A DNA stretch of 64,000 nt from Rhodobiaceae bacterium (GCA_038123715.1 JAYPAN010000004.1:4744-68743); one strand, 5' to 3'. Counted from the stretch's first letter, positions 8,515-17,200 are shown. The notes: a model not told the origin generated them from the letters alone. Program-made: numbers and translations.

Positions 8515-9888
8515 ATGTTCAGTATTTTTTCCGGACTTGGTATTCGTGCTGCGGTTTGTGCGGGCTTGATGCTGGCGGCCTTAACGTCAATGTCTCCGGC
8601 TCGCGCGCAGATGGATGAGGCGTGGCGTCCCCAAAAATCAACAACGCTGATTGTTCCCTCCAATCCCGGCGGCGGTTGGGATCAGACAGCGCGCTTCATG
8701 CAACGGGCAATTGAGGCAAATAAGCTGTCACCGACATCGGTGGAAGTGATAAATCGCGGCGGCGCCGGTGGAACAATCGGCTTGACCGAATTGGTCGAAC
8801 GCCATGCCACCGACCCCTATAAATTGATGGTAAGCGGTTTTGGCATGACCGGCTCGGTTTTAATGCATTCCAGCAAGCATAATATCATGTCAACCACGCC
8901 GCTTGCGCGTCTGACGAGTGAATATCAGGCGATTGCGGTGCCAGCCAATTCGCCGTTCAACTCTCTCGATGACTTATTGACCGCCTTCAAAGCCAATCCG
9001 AAAGCGTTTAGTTGGGGGGGCGGCTCAGCTGGCGGTTCTGACCATATTTTTGCTTATTTGCTGGCTGAGGCCTTGGATATTGAGGCAACCAAAGTCAATT
9101 ATGTCGCCTTTACCGGCGGCGGTGAGGCTTCCGCCGCGCTTTTGGGCGGTCAGGTGGATGCCGGTATTTCAGGCTTTGGCGAGTGGGGCGGCTTGGCCGA
9201 TTCCGGTCGTATTCGATTGCTCGCTGTGTCCTCCGACCAACGCATGGCGGATGATGACACACCGACTTTCCGCGAACTCGGCATTGATTTGCTGTTTGCA
9301 AATTGGCGCACCATTGTCGCCGCCCCCGGCATCACGCGCGCTCAGAAGGAATGGTATGTTGACTTGTTGCGCCAGGCACGCGCCTCTGATGAATGGCAGG
9401 AAACGCTGAAGCGTAATAATTGGACGGATAGTTTTTTGACCGGCGAGGATTTCGATAATTTCATTATCGCCGACAGCGCACGCACCGCCCGCATATTGCA
9501 GCGTGTCGGGATATCGGGCGATAAGGGGACAAGCTGGGCAGCGGTCGGGCCTTATTTATTTCCCAATATCGCGATGGCGGGTCTGATTATTTTGGCCGCA
9601 CTTATTTTCTGGGAAAGCCGTCGGCACGCAACCGCCGGTGCTGCGCCCGACATGTCAGAGGAAAAGCATCCCGACACAAAGGCTTTCGTGCAAACGGCGG
9701 CAATCATTTTCGCCTATATTTTGGGTTTGAAGTTTATCGGCTTCATCTTTGTCACACCGCCGGTTATCGTAGCGCTTTCGTATCTGCTCGGCTCACGCGC
9801 CTATGGGCGCGACATTGCTGTCGGCTTGTCGGTTACCGCGCTTATCGTCGTCATATTTGAACATCTTTTAAATGTAGATGTTCCCTAA
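8515..9888 (+). CDS. tripartite tricarboxylate transporter TctC substrate-binding domain fused to a TctB-like 4-TM domain
   Basis: Signal peptide, then Bug/TctC hallmarks (NPGGGWD, NRGGAGGTIG, FTGGGEASAALLGG). One frame continues into about 130 aa with four hydrophobic segments, sitting where tctB normally lies, immediately before tctA. Confidence 0.8.
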   Translation: MFSIFSGLGIRAAVCAGLMLAALTSMSPARAQMDEAWRPQKSTTLIVPSNPGGGWDQTARFMQRAIEANKLSPTSVEVINRGGAGGTIGLTELVERHATDPYKLMVSGFGMTGSVLMHSSKHNIMSTTPLARLTSEYQAIAVPANSPFNSLDDLLTAFKANPKAFSWGGGSAGGSDHIFAYLLAEALDIEATKVNYVAFTGGGEASAALLGGQVDAGISGFGEWGGLADSGRIRLLAVSSDQRMADDDTPTFRELGIDLLFANWRTIVAAPGITRAQKEWYVDLLRQARASDEWQETLKRNNWTDSFLTGEDFDNFIIADSARTARILQRVGISGDKGTSWAAVGPYLFPNIAMAGLIILAALIFWESRRHATAGAAPDMSEEKHPDTKAFVQTAAIIFAYILGLKFIGFIFVTPPVIVALSYLLGSRAYGRDIAVGLSVTALIVVIFEHLLNVDVP

Positions 9889-9906
9889 TTTTGCAGGGCC
9901 TTAATT

Positions 9907-11421
9907 ATGTCAGAGTCACTTTTCACAAATCTTGCCAATGGATTTTCAGTCGCCGCGACGCCGGAAAACCTGCTTTTTGGCGTTATTGGTGTGGTTCTTG
10001 GAACCGCAGTCGGTGTGCTGCCCGGTCTTGGCCCGGCGGTTGCCATCTCCCTGCTTTTGCCCCTAACTTTCGGTCTTGATCCGATTGCCGCCTTTATCAT
10101 GTTTGGCGGTATTTATTACGGCGCGATGTTTGGCGGCGCGACGACTGCGATTTTGGTCAATACGCCGGGCTGTTCATCCTCTGCTGTCACCACTTTTGAC
10201 GGGCATCCATTGGCCAAGCAGGGGCGGGCAGGAACGGCGCTCAGCACCGCCATTATCAGCTCTTTTGTCGGTGGGACATTTGCCACATTGGCGCTGATGT
10301 TGCTGGCGCCAAGTTTGGTTGAATTGTCGCTGCTTTTCGGGCCGCCTGAATATTTCGCCTTGATGCTTTTGGCGCTGGTATTAGTGTCCACCATTGGCGG
10401 CGCGTCGCTGTCAAAATCGGTCTTTGCCACTTTTCTCGGCTTTGCCATCTCGCTCATTGGCATTGATATGCAAACCGGTGTGTCGCGCATGACTTTCGAT
10501 ATTCCGGAGCTTTACAGCGGCATAAATGTGGTGCTGGCCGGTATCGGCCTGTTTGCGGTCGGAGAGGTTTTGTGGGTTATGTCCGGCGGTGGCGCGGAGC
10601 CGGATGAAAATGCCGGCCTGCGCGGCAGTCTGTTTTTGACGCTCAGCGAATTAAAGAAATCGGCTATGGCTTGGTTGCGAGGCACGGTTCTGGGTTTCTT
10701 CGCGGGTATTTTGCCGGGATCAGGTGGCACTTTGGCGGGGTTCATGGCTTATGGTGTTGAGCAACGCTTTTCCAAAACGCCGGACAAGTTTGGCAGCGGC
10801 TTGGTGGAAGGCGTTGCCGCGCCCGAGTCAGCCAATAATGCGGCGGCGGGCGGCAGCATGGTTCCGCTTCTGGCGCTTGGTATTCCGGGGTCTGCGACAA
10901 CTGCGGTGATGCTGGTGGCGTTCCAGATTTACGGTTTGCAGCCCGGCCCGCTATTGTTTGAAAATAGCGGCGATTTGGTTTGGGGTTTGATTGCCAGCCT
11001 GTATATCGCCAATGTGCTTCTGGTTCTGTTCAATCTGCCACTTGTTGGTCTTTGGGCGCGTTTATTGACATTGCCGCAGGGGCTTCTTTATGGCTGCGTT
11101 CTCGTTTTTTCAAGCCTTGGCGCTTATTCGCTCAAAGGCAGTATTGGCGATGTTTTTATTGTCTATGTTTTGGGGGTCATGGCTTTTTGTATGCGTCGGT
11201 TTGGTTTTCCTGTCGCCCCTGTGCTGCTCGGTATTGTTTTGGGGCCACTTATTGAGCAGGAATTCCGTCGCGCCATGTCGATTTCGGGTGGCGATATTAT
11301 GATTTTTGCGACCCGCCCGATTGCCTTGACTTTATTTGCCCTGACCGCCCTGTCTTTGATTGTGCCATTGGCGCGAAAATCGCGCAATAAGACAGGTCTG
11401 GGTGCGCTGCAAGGCGACTAA
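9907..11421 (+). CDS. tctA: tripartite tricarboxylate transporter large permease TctA
   Basis: 504-aa polytopic membrane protein with typical TctA motifs (GVLPGLGP, GILPGSGGT, AAPESANNAAAGG). Confidence 0.9.
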   Translation: MSESLFTNLANGFSVAATPENLLFGVIGVVLGTAVGVLPGLGPAVAISLLLPLTFGLDPIAAFIMFGGIYYGAMFGGATTAILVNTPGCSSSAVTTFDGHPLAKQGRAGTALSTAIISSFVGGTFATLALMLLAPSLVELSLLFGPPEYFALMLLALVLVSTIGGASLSKSVFATFLGFAISLIGIDMQTGVSRMTFDIPELYSGINVVLAGIGLFAVGEVLWVMSGGGAEPDENAGLRGSLFLTLSELKKSAMAWLRGTVLGFFAGILPGSGGTLAGFMAYGVEQRFSKTPDKFGSGLVEGVAAPESANNAAAGGSMVPLLALGIPGSATTAVMLVAFQIYGLQPGPLLFENSGDLVWGLIASLYIANVLLVLFNLPLVGLWARLLTLPQGLLYGCVLVFSSLGAYSLKGSIGDVFIVYVLGVMAFCMRRFGFPVAPVLLGIVLGPLIEQEFRRAMSISGGDIMIFATRPIALTLFALTALSLIVPLARKSRNKTGLGALQGD

Positions 11422-12860
11422 TCAGCCGGGGTCTGGTCGGAGAAAAAATCTTCGAGGAAAAATGCCGCCAAGTCTGACCGGTTGTTGAGTCCGGATTTGG
11501 CGTATATGGCACCGGCTTGTTGGCGGACGGTTCGTTCGCTTTTTTCGCGCGCATCCGCCATTTCTTTAAAGGATAAGCCTTTCAGCAGCATCCACCCGAT
11601 TTCCGCCTCAGCCGGGGTCAAGCCCCATTCGGTGAAACTTTCATTGATGTGCGTCGCGGCTTCAGAATGGGTCTGATCCAATTGCGCGCGCACCCTATCC
11701 GCATCCGAGCGGGCGGCATTTAGTTCGCGTGCCATGCCTTGTTCGCGCCAATTATTGCGATAGCGTTGCCATATCAGCAAGGCTAATAGGCCGAGCGCCA
11801 GCAAAACCGAAATAATCGCCCAAAGATATTGACGCATCATGACGGAGGCAAAGCGGTCAGCCGCATTGGCGTCCTCAGCCTGTGCGGCAGCGCGGGTCAT
11901 GTCACGGCTGACGGCGTTTTTCTCATCTTGCAGAAAAGCGGTGAAGGCTGTCGGCGCCAGCCAAGCAGATTCCCATCCATATCTGCGGGTTTCTGCTTTC
12001 CATATATCGCTTTTGGTCATTTGGCGAAACACGGCTTCGAGATGATTTTGCTGCTCCAATGTAATGGCAGATGAGGCGAAAACGCCACGCCAATCGCCAT
12101 TTGTGAATTGCAACCCGAAATCTGCCAAGGGTGGCGCAGCTATACCATCGAGATAAGTGTCGCCGGCCACGGCGATAATACGCACCCGACCCAATTCCGC
12201 ATATTCGGCAATTTCCTCATAGGAGGACACATTGATTGCATTGTCGATTTCCAGAAATCGTTTCACAGCGGCAGTGCCGCCGCCCGGCGTCGGCACATAG
12301 CGCATTTGGTCACGCGGATAGCCCAATTGGTCAGCTATCGCCCAAATCAACATTTCATCTATGCTGCCCGATGAGCCGCCTGTCCACGGCAAAGCCTCGG
12401 CGTTGGGCATGTTCATAGCTTCCACCAAATCGCCAAAATCTCGGATGAAACTGTCTTCTCGAACGGCCAGAACAATGCGGGGACGGGTCAATCTGGCAAT
12501 CGGTGTCACATCATCCAATGACACCACAGAATTATTGAAGAAAGCGGCTCCGACCACTGTCCGTCCGCCAATAAAAACAGCAGACGGATCATTGCGGCGC
12601 GACTCGATAAAATTGGCCAAGGCTATCAGGCCACCGGCGCCGGGCAAGCGAACGATATTGACGGTTTCGGCAAGGCCGGAGGCGACAAGCGCGCGCCGCA
12701 ACGCCTGACCCGATTTGTCAAACCCGCCCTCCGGATTGCCGGGAACGTAAATTGTGAGATTAGCCATTTTGGCACTATCGGAGGCCATCGCCCCCGGATT
12801 TGTCAGCAAGGGCAAGGCCATGAAAAATAACACCAGAAATATATGCCTGCAGAGTGTCAT
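11418..12860 (-). CDS. membrane-anchored one-component regulator: periplasmic TctC-like domain - TM helix - coiled linker - LuxR/GerE HTH
   Basis: Signal peptide MTLCRHIFLVLFFMALPLLTNPGAMA. A TctC-like domain of about 300 aa aligns by eye with 8515-9888 (NPEGGFD, LPGAGGLIAL, TPGGGTAAV). One TM helix (YLWAIISVLLALGLLALLIW). C-terminal LTPAEAEIGWMLLKGLSFKEMA...SERTVRQQAGAIYAKSGLNNRSDL is a GerE-type HTH. Confidence 0.75.
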   Translation of the reverse strand: MTLCRHIFLVLFFMALPLLTNPGAMASDSAKMANLTIYVPGNPEGGFDKSGQALRRALVASGLAETVNIVRLPGAGGLIALANFIESRRNDPSAVFIGGRTVVGAAFFNNSVVSLDDVTPIARLTRPRIVLAVREDSFIRDFGDLVEAMNMPNAEALPWTGGSSGSIDEMLIWAIADQLGYPRDQMRYVPTPGGGTAAVKRFLEIDNAINVSSYEEIAEYAELGRVRIIAVAGDTYLDGIAAPPLADFGLQFTNGDWRGVFASSAITLEQQNHLEAVFRQMTKSDIWKAETRRYGWESAWLAPTAFTAFLQDEKNAVSRDMTRAAAQAEDANAADRFASVMMRQYLWAIISVLLALGLLALLIWQRYRNNWREQGMARELNAARSDADRVRAQLDQTHSEAATHINESFTEWGLTPAEAEIGWMLLKGLSFKEMADAREKSERTVRQQAGAIYAKSGLNNRSDLAAFFLEDFFSDQTPAD

Positions 12861-13038
12861 ATTTCCCCCAAAAGGAACCTTATATTGAAAAACAAAGAGT
12901 GCCAAGATGATAGCGTTAGCGCGTGTGGGGCGAACAGTCATAAGTCATTTGTCTTGGTTTGCCGATTTGGCGGCCTTCATGGCTTGGAAGGTTATAGCGA
13001 TTGCGCTATTTTTTGTGGCCCAAATAGGAGTCGCATCA

Positions 13039-13842
13039 ATGAAAATCAGCCTGCCCAATTTTCGGTTTTGTTTTCCTGTCTTATTGGCTATGGCGCTTTC
13101 AGCTTGCGCTGGCAAGCCACCGTCAACCATTCATGTGATGAGTTCGGGAGGGTTCACCGCGGCTTATAAGGTGCTGGGGCCAATGTTTGAAAAGGAAACC
13201 GGAATCCTCCTGGTCACCGCTTATGGCGCATCCGGCGGTGGGGCGCCCGATTCAATACCGGAACGTTTAAAGCGTGGTGAATATGCCGATGTTGTAATTT
13301 TATCACAGCGTGGTTTGGGCAATATTACCAAAGCGGGGCATGTTGACCCGGCCAGCCATGTTGATTTGGCGCGCTCCGGCATTGGCATGGCCGTCTTGGC
13401 GGGCGCGGCGCAACCGGATATAAGCACGACCAAGGCGTTTGTTACCGCCATGCGCGACGCGGCGTCTATTGGCTATTCGGCCAGTGCTAGCGGCACATAT
13501 TTGTCAAAAAAGCTGTTTCCCAAGCTGGGTATATGGGATGAGATTCGTGGCAAATCCACCCGGGTCATCAGCGAGCGCGTCGGCGCTGTCGTCGCGCGCG
13601 GCGATGTTGAAATCGGCTTTCAGCAAATCAGTGAAATCTTACCGATTGCGGGTATTGATTATGTCGGGCCGCTGCCTGACGCGATTCAAAAAATTACCAT
13701 TTTCTCAACCGGCCTGACGCGCGGCGGCAATAAAATGCTGGGGCAGAGGCTTATCGACTATCTGTCAGCCACCGATAAAATTGAGCTTATTGATGCCACC
13801 GGGCTTGATGCGGTTGCCAAGGATTTAGTGGAAAATAGGTAA
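13039..13842 (+). CDS. orphan periplasmic substrate-binding lipoprotein (ModA-like type 2 PBP)
   Basis: AGGAG RBS, lipobox LSAC, and ModA-like motifs (SSGGF, YGASG, GIGMAV, EIGFQQISE). No permease or ATPase gene is adjacent. Confidence 0.55.
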   Translation: MKISLPNFRFCFPVLLAMALSACAGKPPSTIHVMSSGGFTAAYKVLGPMFEKETGILLVTAYGASGGGAPDSIPERLKRGEYADVVILSQRGLGNITKAGHVDPASHVDLARSGIGMAVLAGAAQPDISTTKAFVTAMRDAASIGYSASASGTYLSKKLFPKLGIWDEIRGKSTRVISERVGAVVARGDVEIGFQQISEILPIAGIDYVGPLPDAIQKITIFSTGLTRGGNKMLGQRLIDYLSATDKIELIDATGLDAVAKDLVENR

Positions 13843-14001
13843 TGAGGCGCGTCCAGCCCTTTTGCGCCACCTTATTGCAAAAGCGCGGCGCAACTTCCAT
13901 GTGTTATTGGTTTCCGGCCAAAGGCGATTTTTTCAAATCAGCTCAATTTACATGCGCTTCGCTCACTGTTTAGCGGCACTTATTATTAGTTGAGGTTTTT
14001 T

Positions 14002-15051
14002 ATGACAATCACGCAATCTGCGCCCGACACGACACATAAATTACACGGCATGCTTATGTCGCCGTTTTCGATGAAGTTGCGAGCTTACCTGCGGTATCGC
14101 CGCATCCCCTTTCAGTGGTGCAATAATGCGCGCGCGCATGAAATCGCCATGACGAAAGTCAGCACCTATATGGTACCGGTGATTGAATACCCCGACGGCA
14201 CATTCGAGAATGATTCAACGCCAATCATCGATAAGTTTGAAGAGAATATTGCTGCGCGCCGCACGGAACCTGAGAATGAAGCAGACGCCTTTCTCGCTTA
14301 CTTGATAGAAGACTTCGCAGACGAATGGTTGCTCTGGCCCTTCTTTATGCATCGTTGGCGCTTGGAGGCAGACCAAAAATACAACAGCCAGTGGATTCTC
14401 TATGAGGCGCTGCAGGGCCATGTCCTCGATGATGATTTTGCGGCTCAGAGTGAATTTTGGGCCAGTCGTCAATTGAAAGGCCTGAAATTGCTTTGTGGCA
14501 GTCCCGATTATGACGCATTACTCGACGACAGTCTGCAAACGTTTTTGGGCATTATGGAAAATGCCGTATCAAGCAGACTATTTTTTTTTGGTTCGCGCCC
14601 GTCTCGTGCTGAGATTGCGATTTACGGGATACTCTCTCAAGAAATACAGGATCTCTCAGCTTCTTCATTTATGTATGAGAAGTATAGATTCACGACGCGC
14701 TGGGTAAGCATGATTGACGACCTGAGTGGCGTGGAGGGAGAATGGGAACCTCTAAGCACCGATAGAGAAAAACTTTTGGCGTCACCGGTAGCAGAAATAC
14801 TGGAGCTAAGCGGGAAATACCATTTGCCGTTATTGCTTGCCAATGAAACAGCTCTCGCCAATGGCGAGGGTGTATTTTCCTTTGATATCGATGGCACTAA
14901 GTTCACGCGCAATTCCCACCTTCGCCATGCAACTTGTTTGCCCGCGCTGCGAAAACGCTACGCTCAGCTTTCCGGAGAGTCAAAGTGCGCGCTTAAAACC
15001 GTTTTGGAAAAATCGAACTGCTTGATGTATCTGGCCGATCATGCCGCGTAG
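14002..15051 (+). CDS. glutathione S-transferase-like protein (thioredoxin-fold N-domain)
   Basis: N-terminal SPFSMKLRAYLRYRRIPF...VPVIEYPDG...DSTPII is a GST_N-like pattern. GAGG RBS lies 6 nt before the ATG. The gene is visibly AT-richer than its neighbours. Confidence 0.5.
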   Translation: MTITQSAPDTTHKLHGMLMSPFSMKLRAYLRYRRIPFQWCNNARAHEIAMTKVSTYMVPVIEYPDGTFENDSTPIIDKFEENIAARRTEPENEADAFLAYLIEDFADEWLLWPFFMHRWRLEADQKYNSQWILYEALQGHVLDDDFAAQSEFWASRQLKGLKLLCGSPDYDALLDDSLQTFLGIMENAVSSRLFFFGSRPSRAEIAIYGILSQEIQDLSASSFMYEKYRFTTRWVSMIDDLSGVEGEWEPLSTDREKLLASPVAEILELSGKYHLPLLLANETALANGEGVFSFDIDGTKFTRNSHLRHATCLPALRKRYAQLSGESKCALKTVLEKSNCLMYLADHAA

Positions 15052-15161
15052 AGAGTCCGACCTGCAGTTTGAGCCATTTTCAATTTCCTCAAACAATAAC
15101 GCCTGAAGGTCAATCACTTATTTCTCGTGACACGGTACTGATGGCACGCCCGCAAATTGCG

Positions 15162-15701
15162 CTAGGTCAGCCCGACCCCGCCAAGCACGCCGTGAAACCG
15201 GTAGAGCAGCCAGTAAAGCCCAAGCCCGCCAATAATGGCAACGCCATCTCGATAGGCCGGTTGCTTTTTAGGAAGTTTCGCCGCCAGTGAGAAGCGCCGA
15301 TAAATCGCATAGCCGCCAAAGGTGACGAATATAATGGTCGAGGTTAAATCGCCATTGGCCAAAAGGTGGAGCAGCGCCCAAACAATGATTCCGGTAAGCA
15401 TTGGATGTTTAACATAGCGGCCAATGTTTCCGGGAATATTGCCCGCGACAATCAATATGGTCGCAACAGGCATCAGATAAAGCGCCAGCTCATGCGCGGC
15501 TGGCAGCGGCAACCATAATTGCTGATAGCTGGCCTGCTGATAGCCCAAAACAATCATGACCAGGCTTATGACCGACAAAATGGTCACAATTGCCTCATAG
15601 GCATGAGCGCCGCCAAGGGCTTCAATTTTTCCACGATATCCCAATACCGAAATAAGATGGCTGCCCAAAAATAAAATGCAGCCCGCAATCAAAAGCGCCA
15701 T
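15162..15701 (-). CDS. NnrU family membrane protein
   Basis: Start MALLIAGCILFLGSHL, several TM helices, and HPMLTG..WALLHLLANGD, which is typical of NnrU. Confidence 0.7.
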   Translation of the reverse strand: MALLIAGCILFLGSHLISVLGYRGKIEALGGAHAYEAIVTILSVISLVMIVLGYQQASYQQLWLPLPAAHELALYLMPVATILIVAGNIPGNIGRYVKHPMLTGIIVWALLHLLANGDLTSTIIFVTFGGYAIYRRFSLAAKLPKKQPAYRDGVAIIGGLGLYWLLYRFHGVLGGVGLT

Positions 15702-15902
15702 GTCGCCCCCCAAAGTCCGTTGGCCCGAAACCATTAAGCCAGACCCAGAATAGCCGCCCCTCTGGCCGGGTCTATTATTATTTATTGATATCGCTCAGTT
15801 TTTCTGGCGGCGGAGCCGGTGGCCGGTGGCGCAAATGATTTGGGTTTTTAAGAACTCATCCGCGCGCTGGCTTGTTCAATTATCGGATTTGAGGCCTGTG
15901 AT

Positions 15903-16037
15903 ATGATGAAAAAATGCGTCGCTGTCGTTTTTATTTCTCTTTTTGCCGCAAGCTGCGCCGACCAAGGCTTTAAGCGGCCAAAAGAAGAAACCTATAAAAT
16001 ACCCGAATATGTCACCGGTGAAATCACCGTGAATTGA
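15903..16037 (+). CDS. small lipoprotein (44 aa), below the ORF-track cutoff
   Basis: MMKKCVAVVFISLFAASCADQGFKRPKEETYKIPEYVTGEITVN has a basic N-terminus, a hydrophobic core and the lipobox FAAS-C. It sits in an otherwise empty 350-nt gap. Confidence 0.4.
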   Translation: MMKKCVAVVFISLFAASCADQGFKRPKEETYKIPEYVTGEITVN

Positions 16038-16081
16038 GGCGCGGCGCACGCTTGCGCGACCACGCCTCTTTATTATGCCGT

Positions 16082-16672
16082 TTACCCATGCTTGCCGGAT
16101 GACCAGCCCATGGCTGCCAAATGGCTTTCGGCAAAAGCCAGAGGGCTGTCTTCAAGGCTTGTGGCCAGCGTGTCATTCCAGCGATTGAGAAAACCGAAAG
16201 CGGCGACAACGGCGATGATTTCGGCGATTTCGGCATCACTGAAATGCGCGCGGGCAGCCTCGAAATGGCGCGCCTCAGCCGCATTTGGCACACTCGCGCC
16301 AGCTTGCGCCAAGGCCAAGGCGGCGCGCTCGGCTTCGGTGAAGGCCGGGTCGGTTTCATAGGCCCACAGCTTCTCGATTTTTTCCGCCGTCACGCCATGA
16401 TTGTGCGCGCCATGGGCGGTATGCGCCTGACAATAGCGGCAGCCCGCCGTCGCCGAAGCAATATGCGCCACCATTTGCCGCAAGCCCGGCGCCAATAATG
16501 CGCCCGGTCCCATAAGCGGCGCCATCAGCGCCAGAAAACCGCGCAACACTTCCGGTCGGTGCGCCATGATTTTCAGCGAATTGGCCTCAAAGCCCATAAT
16601 GGCGGCAGACAGGCTCAGCTCCTCGGCCAGTTCTTCGAGATTTTCCGGCGGTGCGGGTGATAAATGTGCCAT
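16082..16672 (-). CDS. carboxymuconolactone decarboxylase/AhpD-like peroxidase-related protein
   Basis: CRYCQAHT (CxxC-H) motif in an all-alpha protein of about 196 aa, typical of the AhpD-like family. Confidence 0.7.
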   Translation of the reverse strand: MAHLSPAPPENLEELAEELSLSAAIMGFEANSLKIMAHRPEVLRGFLALMAPLMGPGALLAPGLRQMVAHIASATAGCRYCQAHTAHGAHNHGVTAEKIEKLWAYETDPAFTEAERAALALAQAGASVPNAAEARHFEAARAHFSDAEIAEIIAVVAAFGFLNRWNDTLATSLEDSPLAFAESHLAAMGWSSGKHG

Positions 16673-16684
16673 GTCCTGTCTCCT

Positions 16685-17200
16685 TTATTTCTTGTCGGTC
16701 TTTTCTTCACGCTTTTTCAGCGTCACGAAATTGGCGGTTGACGAGCCGGTCGCCAGCAAGCGGCCTTCGCTGTCATAAAGCTCACCCTCGACAAAGCCGA
16801 CCGATTTGCCACGCCGGATGACGCGACCCACACAATAAAGCCGCCCCGGCCGCGCCGGTGACAACATGGAGACTTTAATCTCAAGTGTCGGGCTGATTTG
16901 CCCCCAATCAAGATTAAGGCCAATGGCGAACGCCATGGCATCATCAAGAAAAGCGGCAACATTGCCACCCTGAATGCCGCCCCATTTATTGCACAGCGCA
17001 TCGCTGGCATTAAACGCCATTTCAACAATACCAGCCTGTTTGTTCACAGCCAGCAATTCCAACCCCAAATGCGCCGATGTCGGTGATGGTTTGGCGTGCG
17101 CCGATTTCACATTGGGCGGCCAGTCTTCAACATTGGTGGTGAAGCCGTCGCGCGCTGTGCCGATTGTGTCGATTATATTGTCTGAATTCGTCTCGGCCAT
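16685..17200 (-). CDS. PaaI-family (hotdog fold) thioesterase
   Basis: GGIQGGNVAAFLDDAM and GRVIRRGKSVGFVEGELYD motifs. GGGGAGG RBS precedes the ATG at 17200. The stop lies 12 nt from the next gene's start, so the two form an operon. Confidence 0.7.
   Translation of the reverse strand: MAETNSDNIIDTIGTARDGFTTNVEDWPPNVKSAHAKPSPTSAHLGLELLAVNKQAGIVEMAFNASDALCNKWGGIQGGNVAAFLDDAMAFAIGLNLDWGQISPTLEIKVSMLSPARPGRLYCVGRVIRRGKSVGFVEGELYDSEGRLLATGSSTANFVTLKKREEKTDKK

Noticed and set aside
8206-8663. Small ORFs (79-108 aa) in the TBDR/tctCB divergent gap.
   Set aside because: They overlap each other in several frames, lack an RBS, and extend into the real genes' 5' ends. The gap is better read as a shared control region.
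13859-13883. The hairpin CTTTTGC-N11-GCAAAAG after the ModA-like gene as a terminator.
   Set aside because: The stem is only 7 bp and AT-rich, the loop is large, and no T-tract follows. This is too weak to annotate.
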